From Longimicrobiales bacterium (GTDB lineage Bacteria; Gemmatimonadota; Gemmatimonadetes; Longimicrobiales; Gaopeijiaceae): a stretch of 64,000 nt of DNA. The position numbers and the translations under genes were made by a program. Positions 35,475-44,240 of this stretch are shown here, piece after piece. The stretch is from positions 832,001-896,000 of the forward strand of contig JAWLHJ010000001.1 of the NCBI GenBank assembly GCA_041690395.1, in the 5' to 3' direction. The notes beneath the pieces are model-generated. The model had not been told where the DNA came from. It made no database searches and worked only from the letters and a program-made list of their open reading frames with translations. Every line of letters begins with the position of its first letter. The first letter of the stretch is position 1.

Positions 35475-35763
35475 GTCGTCCCCCTGGGCCAGGAGCCCAT
35501 CCGACCTGACATCTTCGAAAGCCGCGCGATTCCGTCGCGTAAGCCTCACGATCGGGACCTACCTGATTACAGATTCGGTGCCCGAAACGCGTTTGGGACA
35601 TCGCGGGCTATCCGGAAGGCCGTAAACGACATCACCTTGCCGCTGGCCGCTCACGCATCGCGGCACCCGGGCTCAGGGCGGGCGGACCGGCGGGGCTGGC
35701 GCTTCTCCGAGACACCATGACGCCCGCGCGCAACACGCCGGATTGGCAGGCGGGTGGCATTCA

Positions 35764-36567
35764 CTACCGCAGTGGCGCGTCCGCGAGACGTGCTCTCGTG
35801 ATCGCCTCGGCCGACCCGGCATCGAGATAGCCGAGTCCGGCGAGATAGTCGTCGGTGCGCCCGGTCAGGACGAAGCTCGGGTGCCATGGGATCGCGTCCG
35901 GCTGGACGCGGTTCACGTAGTCGATCAGGGAGCTGGTGCAGTTCGTCGTGAGCGTGTGATACCATCGCGGGTGCTCGGCCAGGGCCGCCGTCTCGGCCAC
36001 CAGCTGGCGGAAGATCCGCGCGATGTGCTCGCTGGCGACGTCGACCCGGTATCGGGTGAGGGGATAGTCGAGGTAGTCGACGCGGCGGCGCACGAGATCG
36101 TCCTCGCGCGCCCAGATGTGTGTGAGCTCGAAGCTTCGGAGCATCCCGCCGACGATGGAGTAGGTCTCGCCGATCTCCCGGCGGGTTTCCACGGAGATGC
36201 CGGGCCAGCGGTCTTCGCCGTAGGACTCCGGGAACTCGAAGACCAGGAACGTATGCGCGATCCGACCGCCCAGACCGAGCTCCTGCTCGTAGAGCCAGAG
36301 ACCGGTCACGTCGTCGGGGTCGTAGCTCGTCGGCCCGTACTCCTTCGCCAGCACGGAGTCCGCCGCATACGTCCAGCGGCGCACCTGCTCGAGGCGGACG
36401 CGGCCGTCGGGTTCGAGGGTCACGGGTGTGAGGACCCGCACGTCCTCGTCCCAGGCGCGGTCCAACGCCGGCTCGCGGAGGGCGACGGCGACCGCGGTCA
36501 CCGCCGCCCATGCCACGAGGAGCGCGCCGGCCCAGGCGGCCGGCTTGCGCCATCGAGTGTGGCTCAG
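35764..36567 (-). CDS. DUF4105 (Lnb-like) domain membrane protein; start uncertain (CTG 36567 or GTG 36516)
   Basis: AHTFLVFEF, ISVETRRE.GE.YS, P.WYHTLTTNCT. Confidence 0.78.
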   Translation of the reverse strand: MSHTRWRKPAAWAGALLVAWAAVTAVAVALREPALDRAWDEDVRVLTPVTLEPDGRVRLEQVRRWTYAADSVLAKEYGPTSYDPDDVTGLWLYEQELGLGGRIAHTFLVFEFPESYGEDRWPGISVETRREIGETYSIVGGMLRSFELTHIWAREDDLVRRRVDYLDYPLTRYRVDVASEHIARIFRQLVAETAALAEHPRWYHTLTTNCTSSLIDYVNRVQPDAIPWHPSFVLTGRTDDYLAGLGYLDAGSAEAITRARLADAPLR

Positions 36568-37685
36568 CCACCGCCTCCGGACACGGAGAACTTCTGGATG
36601 CGTCGGCCGGTCGACGCTTCACCCACGTAGATGTTGCCCTGGGAGTCGACGCTCATGCCGTGGGGACGGAGGAACTGCCCGAGCTGCCGGCCGCCACGGC
36701 CGAACTCACCCACGATCTCGAGCGTCTCTCGCTCGAGGATCCACACCTTGTGGTTCGTGCCGTCCGCGAGGTACAGCCAACGCTGGTCGGCGTCCGGTGA
36801 GAAGGAGATGACGAAGGCCGATCCCGAGGCGAGCGTCTCCGGAGCCACGATCCGCTCCTGGACGAAGCTGCCGTCCTGCTGGAAGACCTGGATCCGGTTG
36901 CCCCGTCGGTCCGCGACGTAGATCAGGCCGTCGCTCGACCCCGCCAGGCCGTGCACCGTCGAGAACTGCCTGGGCGGATCGCCGGCCGGGTCCCGATCCC
37001 CGAAGTCGTAGTCGTCGTCCGGGGTCTCCCCGTAGGCGCCCCAGTGCCGCAGATACTCTCCCGTGTCGCCGTCGTAGACGATGACGCGACGGTTCCGGTA
37101 GCCGTCCGCGACGAACACCTCGTTCGTGCTCGGGTCCACCCAGATGCCCGCGGGACCACCCAGCAGGTCGGGGTCGTTGCTCCCGGCGTTGACGTCGTAC
37201 TCACCGAGCGTCATGAGGAGCTGGCCGTCCCGGGTGAACTTCATCACCCGATGATGCACGTACGTCCCGATCCAGACGTTGTCGTTGTGGTCCACGAAGA
37301 TGCCGTGCGGGTTGCGCGGCCACATCTCCGGGTTCTCGCTGTCGCCCCATGCCTGGACGACGGCGCCCTCCGGATCGAGCTCGAGCACGATGGGCGCCGC
37401 GCGGCAGCAGGTGCCGATGGGCGGATCCTGCTCGGCCGCCGTCTCCTCGGGTGTGAGCGTCTCCGGGAGATGGGTTACCCAGACATGATCCTGCGCGTCG
37501 ACGAACACGCCGGTGATGGCGCCCAGAATCCAGTCGTTGGGCAGCTCCTGCGGCCAGGTCGGGTCGACCTCGAACGTGGGGATTCCGTTCGTCGACGCGG
37601 CGGTCGCAGACGACTGCTCGGACCCGCACGAGGCGAGAACCGTCGCCAGCGCGAGCGAAAGGGTTGTGGCTTTCAGGACGTTCAT
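36564..37685 (-). CDS. NHL-repeat beta-propeller lipoprotein (PAL-like)
   Basis: FEVDP.WP..LP, PHGIFVD, VADGY.NRR, VADR.GNRIQVF, PHGMSVDSQGNIYV; lipobox LASC. Confidence 0.85.
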   Translation of the reverse strand: MNVLKATTLSLALATVLASCGSEQSSATAASTNGIPTFEVDPTWPQELPNDWILGAITGVFVDAQDHVWVTHLPETLTPEETAAEQDPPIGTCCRAAPIVLELDPEGAVVQAWGDSENPEMWPRNPHGIFVDHNDNVWIGTYVHHRVMKFTRDGQLLMTLGEYDVNAGSNDPDLLGGPAGIWVDPSTNEVFVADGYRNRRVIVYDGDTGEYLRHWGAYGETPDDDYDFGDRDPAGDPPRQFSTVHGLAGSSDGLIYVADRRGNRIQVFQQDGSFVQERIVAPETLASGSAFVISFSPDADQRWLYLADGTNHKVWILERETLEIVGEFGRGGRQLGQFLRPHGMSVDSQGNIYVGEASTGRRIQKFSVSGGGG

Positions 37686-37693
37686 GGAGCAGC

Positions 37694-39016
37694 TCACTGG
37701 GAAAGGGGACGGTCGCGGAGGTAATTCAACAAGAGGTTGCTCATGGCCCGCATGCCGATCGGCACCGAGGCGTCGTCGGCCATGAACGTGGGAGTGTGAT
37801 GCCCTCCCGACACGACACCCGGCGCCTGGGTCCCGAGCCGGTAGAAGAAGGCCGGCACTTCATTGGCGAAATAGGCGAAGTCCTCCCCGCCCATGACCGG
37901 ATCCATGATCTGTACATTCTCCTCCCCCACGATGGTGTGCAGGGTGGGGGCCATACGCGTGACCAGCTCGGTATCGTTGATCGTCGCGGGCGAGCCGCGG
38001 TCGTACGCGAGCTCGTAGCTGCCGCCCCCCGCTGCGGTGATCCCGGCCACGATCTCCTCCATGCGGCGCTCGATGGTGTCACGGACGTCGGGGTCGTAGC
38101 TGCGCACCGTACCCTCCAGGTGGACCCGGTCCGGCACGATGTTGAAGCGCGTGCCCCCCTGGACGATGCCGACCGTGACGACGCTCGGCTCCAGGGAGGG
38201 GAGGTTGCGGGAACGGATGGTCTGGAGGCCCATGACCACCTGCGACGCCATCACCACGGGATCGACGCCGAGCTCCGGATACGCGCCGTGCGCCTGCTCC
38301 CCGATGACCTCGATGCGGAAGTGGTCGACGGCGGCCAGCATCGGGCCGGTGGCGTAGCCCAGGGTGCCGACGGACATGCTGCTCAGCGTGTGGAGGCCGA
38401 AGATGGCCGACGGCCTCGGATTCTCGAGGGCGCCCTCGCGCACCATGAGGTCTGCGCCACCCTCCTCCCCAGGCGGCGGCCCTTCCTCCGCGGGCTGGAA
38501 GATGAACTTCACCACGCCGGGGATCTCGTCGCGCATGGAGGCGAGCACCGAGGCCACGCCGAGCTGAACCGCGACGTGCACGTCGTGTCCGCAGGCGTGC
38601 ATGACCCCCACTTCCTGGCCGAGGTACGTCGTGCGCACCGTCGAAGCGAACGGATAGGGCGTGTCTTCCGTCACGGGGAGCGCGTCCATGTCCGCCCGGA
38701 CCGCCACGGTATCGCCGGGAAGACCCCCGCGGAGAATGCCGATCACCCCGGTGTGCGCGACGCCTTCGGTCACCTCGTCGAAGCCGAGCGCGCGGAGGTG
38801 GTCGGCGATGAGCGCCGCGGTCTCGAACTCACGGTTGCCGAGCTCGGGGTACTGATGGATGTGATGCCGGAGCTCGATGATCTGCTCGGCGAACCGGTCG
38901 ACGGCCGCGTCGACGGCGGGGTCCTGAGCGAGCGCGGGGCGCTGCGGGACGACAGCCACGAGCAGTGCCGACAGCGCGAGTACGCGCGCGGACCGGCCGG
39001 GTCGGATCGATTGCAT
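37694..39016 (-). CDS. M20D family amidohydrolase, exported
   Basis: H.YPELG.RE, RADMDALP, MHACGHD, FQPAEE, GGEDF, HH.P.F. Confidence 0.92.
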   Translation of the reverse strand: MQSIRPGRSARVLALSALLVAVVPQRPALAQDPAVDAAVDRFAEQIIELRHHIHQYPELGNREFETAALIADHLRALGFDEVTEGVAHTGVIGILRGGLPGDTVAVRADMDALPVTEDTPYPFASTVRTTYLGQEVGVMHACGHDVHVAVQLGVASVLASMRDEIPGVVKFIFQPAEEGPPPGEEGGADLMVREGALENPRPSAIFGLHTLSSMSVGTLGYATGPMLAAVDHFRIEVIGEQAHGAYPELGVDPVVMASQVVMGLQTIRSRNLPSLEPSVVTVGIVQGGTRFNIVPDRVHLEGTVRSYDPDVRDTIERRMEEIVAGITAAGGGSYELAYDRGSPATINDTELVTRMAPTLHTIVGEENVQIMDPVMGGEDFAYFANEVPAFFYRLGTQAPGVVSGGHHTPTFMADDASVPIGMRAMSNLLLNYLRDRPLSQ

Positions 39017-39087
39017 CGAGGAACGCCTCCGTTCGAGTCCACGCATACGTAAGGTCCCGAGGCCCGATCTGCCAGGGGCGGGGAACC

Positions 39088-39117
39088 TTGACCGTCTCCG
39101 GTGCGTTCGCTTAGCGT
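39088..39117 (+). promoter_or_regulatory. Possible sigma70 promoter TTGACC-N18-TAGCGT for leader/tcyP
   Basis: Near-consensus hexamers upstream of the leader ORF. Confidence 0.35.
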
Positions 39118-39189
39118 CTGAAGATTCACCTGATTCCGGGGCGGGCGGAGCGTCCGCCGGCCCCCCTGGTCCCATTCGGAACCGTACTC

Positions 39190-39285
39190 GTGCGCACCCT
39201 CTTCGCCTGCCGCTGTTGTTGTCGCTGTTGCGGCGCTCCTCCGGGAGTGTCGGGCGGGCGCGTGCGCGGAGTCGCGAACGTGTAG
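39190..39285 (+). CDS. Cys-rich leader (attenuator) peptide MRTLFACRCCCRCCGAPPGVSGGRVRGVANV
   Basis: GTG..TAG, 31 aa; 6 Cys codons within codons 7-14; directly upstream of a terminator and a cystine transporter. Confidence 0.78.
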   Translation: MRTLFACRCCCRCCGAPPGVSGGRVRGVANV

Positions 39286-39315
39286 AACGAGTCGGCTTCT
39301 CTGGCTCTCCTGTCC

Positions 39316-39344
39316 GGCCCTCCCCCACGGGAGGGCCTTTTTTT
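39316..39344 (+). terminator. Intrinsic terminator (attenuator) in the tcyP leader
   Basis: GGCCCTCCC-CCAC-GGGAGGGCC followed by T7, 38 nt before the tcyP ATG. Confidence 0.88.
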
Positions 39345-39382
39345 GTTCCCGTAGCTCCCGAACCCCGACTCGGACCAACACC

Positions 39383-40837
39383 ATGAGCATCGCAGCGCTT
39401 CTCCTGAACCTGGGCATCTTCGCCACCGGAATCGTCTGGCTCGTCCGCCGCCGTACCGCTGGCGCCCCCTTCTCGCAGACGGTCCTGGTCGCGCTGGTGC
39501 TGGGGGTGGCCCTGGGCGGGGCGTTCCAATGGGTGTATGGCACGGAGCACGCGGTCATGGCCGACACCATGACGTGGGTGGACGTCGTCGGCAGGGGTTA
39601 CGTCCGGCTCCTCCAGATGATCGTGATGCCGCTGGTGCTGGTGTCGATCCTCTCGGCCGTGACGAGACTGGACGACGCCCGCTCCCTGGGGAAGATCAGC
39701 GTGGGGGTGCTCGGCATGCTCATGGTGACGACGGCCGTCTCCGCGGTCGTCGGCGTGGGCATGACGCGACTCTTCGGGCTGTCGGCGGAGGGGCTCGTGC
39801 CGGGAGCCCGGGAGGCGGAGCGGGGTGAAGCCCTGGCGGCCCGGACCGGAGAGGTGGCCGATCTGAACGTTCCCGACCTGCTCCTCTCGTTCATTCCCAC
39901 CAACATCTTCGACGCACTCACCGGGGGAGAGCCCACGGCCATCATCGGCGTGGTGGTCTTCGCGTCCCTCCTGGGCATCGCGGTGCTGGCGTTGCGCCGG
40001 GAAGATCCGGAGCTCGGCGCGCGCGTCGTGGACGGCATCGACGCGGTGCAGGCGTTGGTCATGCGGCTGGTCCGCATGGTGATTCGCCTCACCCCCTACG
40101 GCGTGCTGGCGCTCATGACACGGGTCGTGGCCACGTCGAATGTCGCCGACATCCTGAACCTCATGGGCTTCGTGGTGGCGTCGTACCTGGGGCTGGTCCT
40201 GATCCTGGGCATGCACGCGGGGGCGCTCGCGCTCACCGGCCTGAACCCCGTCCGTCACTTCCGGAAGATCTGGCCGGTGCTGACCTTCGCCTTCTCGTCG
40301 CGCTCGAGCGCCGCCGCGATCCCGCTGAACATCGAGAGCCAGATCCGGCGGCTCGGCGTGTCGCCCGCCATCGCCAACTTCTCCGCGGGCTTCGGGGCGA
40401 CCATCGGACAGAACGGATGCGCGGGTCTCTACCCCGCCATGCTGGCCGTCATGATCGCGCCCACCGTGGGCATCGATCCCATGTCCGTGGGCTTTCTCGT
40501 GCCGCTGGTGTTGGTGGCCACCCTGGGCTCGTTCGGCATCGCCGGGGTGGGTGGCGGGGCTACCTTCGCCGCCCTGGTGGTGTTGGGCACCCTGAACCTG
40601 CCGGTGGCCCTGGCCGGTTTGCTCATCTCCATCGAGCCCCTCATCGACATGGGGCGCACGGCCATCAACGTCAGCGGCTCCATGACCGCGGGTGCCGTGA
40701 CGAGCCGGCTCCTGGGGGAGACGGACATGGCGGTCTTCAGAGCGGACCGGGACCTGGCGGACACGGGTGTCGAGGCGGTAGGCCGGCAGCCCGGAACGCG
40801 GGAGGGCGCGGCGGAGCTGGCGGCGGGTCTGGGCTGA
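39383..40837 (+). CDS. tcyP: L-cystine transporter (DAACS family)
   Basis: GYVRLLQMIVMPLV, SFIP.N.F, TFAFSSRSS, GATIGQNGCAG.YPAMLA, ISIEPLIDMGRTA.NV.G. Confidence 0.9.
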   Translation: MSIAALLLNLGIFATGIVWLVRRRTAGAPFSQTVLVALVLGVALGGAFQWVYGTEHAVMADTMTWVDVVGRGYVRLLQMIVMPLVLVSILSAVTRLDDARSLGKISVGVLGMLMVTTAVSAVVGVGMTRLFGLSAEGLVPGAREAERGEALAARTGEVADLNVPDLLLSFIPTNIFDALTGGEPTAIIGVVVFASLLGIAVLALRREDPELGARVVDGIDAVQALVMRLVRMVIRLTPYGVLALMTRVVATSNVADILNLMGFVVASYLGLVLILGMHAGALALTGLNPVRHFRKIWPVLTFAFSSRSSAAAIPLNIESQIRRLGVSPAIANFSAGFGATIGQNGCAGLYPAMLAVMIAPTVGIDPMSVGFLVPLVLVATLGSFGIAGVGGGATFAALVVLGTLNLPVALAGLLISIEPLIDMGRTAINVSGSMTAGAVTSRLLGETDMAVFRADRDLADTGVEAVGRQPGTREGAAELAAGLG

Positions 40838-40840
40838 TCC

Positions 40841-43090
40841 TCAGGCCCGCTCGATCAAGACCTCCGAGAACGGGATCGTCTCGGTCGCCAGCACGAACGC
40901 CGTCGTCGGTAGCCCGGCGGACATCCTCTGAAGGCGCTCGTAGTACCGGCGAAAGTCTTCACCCGGCTTCGCCATGCCGAGAAAGACGATGTCGGCTTCG
41001 GAGGACGCCTCCAGCAGGACTTCCCGGAAAGGACGCGAGCCCGCCACGATGACGTCCACCTTGACCTCGCCGATGCGCAGCTCCTCCATGACCGTCGGTA
41101 GGCTGGCTCGGGCGTCGCGGGCGCCGTCCTCGTTCCTGACGGCCACCTTCAGGTAGACGTCCGCGTCCTGCCAACGAATGTTCGTGCGGAGCAGGTAAGC
41201 CAGGAGGAGCATCAGCCCCCCGTTCGCCTGCAGCCCGCCCCACCAGACGTCGATCCGCTTGCGGCGGCCGAAGCCCCGGCCTTCCGGATCGCGAAGGATG
41301 ACGATGTTCCGGTCCTTCTCGTGGAAGGTCCTGATCATCTCGCAATACCGGTCGCGGCGCTCCTCATGCTCGCTGGATCCCAGCACGATCGTGTTCGGAA
41401 CGAGGTGCCCGAAGCCGTAGGCCTCGACGAGCCTCCTCGCTCCGGTGAAGACGTCGGGCGCCGTGACGATCCGGACGAAGGCGTGGACGCCCCGGCCCGC
41501 GAGGTCGTCGCGGATATCCCCCTCGGTCTCCGCCTGACGCCCGCTTTCGGCCGCGCCTTCGGGTAGCACGCTCGCGATCGTGACCAGGCCGCGGTTGTGG
41601 GTGATCGCGTTCGCGAAATCAACCAGCGGCCAACGATCGTCCGGACGTCCGGAGAACACCAGGGGATGGGGTCTCCAGTTCCGGGCGTCGTCGGTCTCGC
41701 CGAGATGCAGCAGCCCCGTGCGGATGAGCGCCAGCCAGATTCCGCTGCGCACGTCTCCCCAGGTTCCCTGGAGTCCGCGGCGCTGGAGCCAGACGAAGAC
41801 GCCGACCACGACCATGGCCGCCGCGACGGTGGCGAGCGCGTTGATCAGGAACATGACCACGAGACACCCGAGGGCTCCGGCCAGCGGGAACGCCCAGTGG
41901 ATCCGGAACGCCGGTCGGAACGAGGGGCTCTTCAGGAAGCCTTCGATGGCCGCCGCGACGTTCACCGTCATGTACGACGTCAGGAAGAACATCGTGAGGA
42001 TCGGGGCGACCGCGTTGAGGTCTCCGAAGTAGATCGCCACGAGGGCGACACCGAGCGTCACCACGGTCCCGATGCGCGGGGCGTCGTCGGCTCCGCTCCC
42101 TTTCCCCAGGAAGCGGAGGGGGCGCGGCAGCACGCCGTCCCGCGCGAGGGCCTGGAGCACGCGCGGGGCTCCCAGGATGCTGCCCATGGCGCTCGATAGC
42201 GTCGCGCCCCACGCGCCGAGCAGGATGAGCGGCCCCCAGAGTGCCATCCGGCGCATGACCAAGGGGTCCTCGATGAGCGTGGCGCTGTCGGCCCGGATGC
42301 TCAGGAAGTAGGGGAGCGCCATGTAGATGACGAAGCCCACCGCCAGCGCGGCCAGGGTGCCCCTGGGAATCGAGCGCGCCGGATCCTTCAGGTCGCCGGA
42401 CATGTTCACGCCCGCCTCGATGCCCGTGACGGCGGGGAAGAACACCGCGAACACGACCCAGAAGCCGACAGTGAGGCGGTCGGGCGCCGACCCTGTCAGG
42501 TCGAGCTCCGTGGGCTCGATGGGTCGGCCGAAGAGGAACGACAGGAGGGACAGGCCGATGACGATCATCACGACGTATTGCGAGCGGATCGCGAGATCGG
42601 CGGAGCGGATCGCCAGCCCGGCCACGACGATCGCCGAGGCGACGCCGACCCAACGCTGGTCGAGCCCCGGGAAGACGTCTCCCAGGATCTCGGCGAAGCC
42701 GATGATGTAGAGTGCCATCGACAGCGCGAGCGCGAAGTAGAGCGGAATGCCCACCGCCCCTCCGGTCTCGATGCCGAGCGACCGGCTGATCATGTAATAC
42801 GCCCCGCCGGTCCGGATGCGTCGATCCGTCGCGATGGAGGCCATCGACAGCGCCGTCAGCAGGGTGATCGTGGTGCACATGATCACGATGAGCCACGTCC
42901 CGAACAGGCCGACGTTGCCGACGACCCACCCGAACCGCAGGTACATGATCACGCCGAGGATCGTCAGGATCGACGGCGTGAACACGCCCCCGAAGGTCCC
43001 GAGGCCGGCTCCCTGTGAAGGCGATGCGATCGGCGGGTCGGGGTCGTTCTCGGGAGCGGGCGCCGCAGTCGTCGGTAGCGCTTTCTTCAT
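40841..43090 (-). CDS. Cation-chloride cotransporter (SLC12/CCC family)
   Basis: LGTFGGVFTPSILTILGVIMYLR, GGAYYMISRSLG, FFPAVTGI, NWRP, IDVWW in the cytosolic C-domain. Confidence 0.9.
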   Translation of the reverse strand: MKKALPTTAAPAPENDPDPPIASPSQGAGLGTFGGVFTPSILTILGVIMYLRFGWVVGNVGLFGTWLIVIMCTTITLLTALSMASIATDRRIRTGGAYYMISRSLGIETGGAVGIPLYFALALSMALYIIGFAEILGDVFPGLDQRWVGVASAIVVAGLAIRSADLAIRSQYVVMIVIGLSLLSFLFGRPIEPTELDLTGSAPDRLTVGFWVVFAVFFPAVTGIEAGVNMSGDLKDPARSIPRGTLAALAVGFVIYMALPYFLSIRADSATLIEDPLVMRRMALWGPLILLGAWGATLSSAMGSILGAPRVLQALARDGVLPRPLRFLGKGSGADDAPRIGTVVTLGVALVAIYFGDLNAVAPILTMFFLTSYMTVNVAAAIEGFLKSPSFRPAFRIHWAFPLAGALGCLVVMFLINALATVAAAMVVVGVFVWLQRRGLQGTWGDVRSGIWLALIRTGLLHLGETDDARNWRPHPLVFSGRPDDRWPLVDFANAITHNRGLVTIASVLPEGAAESGRQAETEGDIRDDLAGRGVHAFVRIVTAPDVFTGARRLVEAYGFGHLVPNTIVLGSSEHEERRDRYCEMIRTFHEKDRNIVILRDPEGRGFGRRKRIDVWWGGLQANGGLMLLLAYLLRTNIRWQDADVYLKVAVRNEDGARDARASLPTVMEELRIGEVKVDVIVAGSRPFREVLLEASSEADIVFLGMAKPGEDFRRYYERLQRMSAGLPTTAFVLATETIPFSEVLIERA

Positions 43091-43107
43091 CCGTGGAAGC
43101 TATCCGG

Positions 43108-44202
43108 TCATCCCGTTCGGGCGTACTCCCGCAGCTTCTGCACCTGATGCTCCTTGCCGAGAACGATCATGACGTCGCCCTCGGACAGCACCGTTCGGGG
43201 ACCCGGGTTGTACATCGGGTCTCCGCCGCCACTCGTCTGCAGTGCGATCACGACCAGGCCCGTGGCCTGGGGGATGCCCGCGTCGGCCAGCGTGCGACCC
43301 GCGAGAGGGGAGCCGGCGGGCAGGGTCGCCTCTTCGAGACGCAGGTCCAGGCCGGGACCTACCACGGCCGAATCCAGGAAGCTCACCACATGGGGCCGCA
43401 GAAGCGTCGAGGCCATGCGGATGCCTCCGGTGAGCGTGGGCGCGATCACGTGGTCGGCGCCCGCGCGTCGGAGGCGTTCGATGGACTCCTCGTCCGAGGC
43501 TCTCGCCACGGTCGAGATGCCCGGGTTGAGGTGCCGGGCGGTGAGGCAGACGAGGAGGTTGTCTCCGTCATCCGCGAGGCAGGCGGCCAGGCCCCGGGCC
43601 GTGTCGATCCGTGCGTCGGTGAGGGTGCGCTCCTTGGTGGCGTCCGCGGCGAGGACGAGAACGTCCGGGTAGGCCTCTTCCAGTGCTCGGGCTCGGTCCT
43701 CGTCTCGCTCGATGGCTACGACGGGGTATCCCGCGACGTGGATCTCGCGCAGCACCATGCGTCCGACCCTGCCGGCGCCGCAAACGATGTAGTGGTCCTT
43801 CAGATTCTGCATGCGCTTCATCTTTCGCCGCCTCCGCAGCGCGCCTCCGAGATCGAGCTCGACGATGAGGGCCGTCGTGAGCGCCCACCAGATGCCCAGT
43901 CCAGTGACACCCAGGGCGATGATGAACATGGCGAAGGTACGCCCCGGGACCCCCAGGGGGTGCACCTCCATGTAGCCGACCGACGTGACGGTGGTAACCG
44001 CCATGTAGAGCGACTCGAACCACGTCCACCCTTCGATGCTGCGGAACCCGACCGTGCCGATGGCGAAGACCACCAGGAAGTAGAGAAGCGCGAGGGTGAA
44101 GCGCAGGACGAACGGACGGAACGTTTCCGCGATCGACAACTGCTTCTGCCTGACCGCCTCTCTGGGGCTGGGCGATGCGGCTCGCTCGCGGGGCGTGGCC
44201 AA
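43108..44202 (-). CDS. 2TM potassium-channel-like protein with TrkA-N/TrkA-C (RCK) domains
   Basis: Pore helix SLYMAVTTVTSVGY, HYIVCGAGRVG, DAT, RAGADHVI, TrkA-C 'NPGP...L.EGD'; TTG start. Confidence 0.88.
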   Translation of the reverse strand: MATPRERAASPSPREAVRQKQLSIAETFRPFVLRFTLALLYFLVVFAIGTVGFRSIEGWTWFESLYMAVTTVTSVGYMEVHPLGVPGRTFAMFIIALGVTGLGIWWALTTALIVELDLGGALRRRRKMKRMQNLKDHYIVCGAGRVGRMVLREIHVAGYPVVAIERDEDRARALEEAYPDVLVLAADATKERTLTDARIDTARGLAACLADDGDNLLVCLTARHLNPGISTVARASDEESIERLRRAGADHVIAPTLTGGIRMASTLLRPHVVSFLDSAVVGPGLDLRLEEATLPAGSPLAGRTLADAGIPQATGLVVIALQTSGGGDPMYNPGPRTVLSEGDVMIVLGKEHQVQKLREYARTG

Positions 44203-44240
44203 GGCGCGGCCTCAGATGCGGACGGGCGGGTCGGACGCGA

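Noticed and set aside
39120..39344. T-box or SAM riboswitch upstream of tcyP
   Set aside because: No T-box UGGNACC bulge or SAM-I core seen; the Cys leader ORF explains the terminator better.
39017..40258. Long N-terminal extension of the M20 amidohydrolase (854-aa ORF)
   Set aside because: Antisense to tcyP and its leader; the signal peptide begins at 39016.
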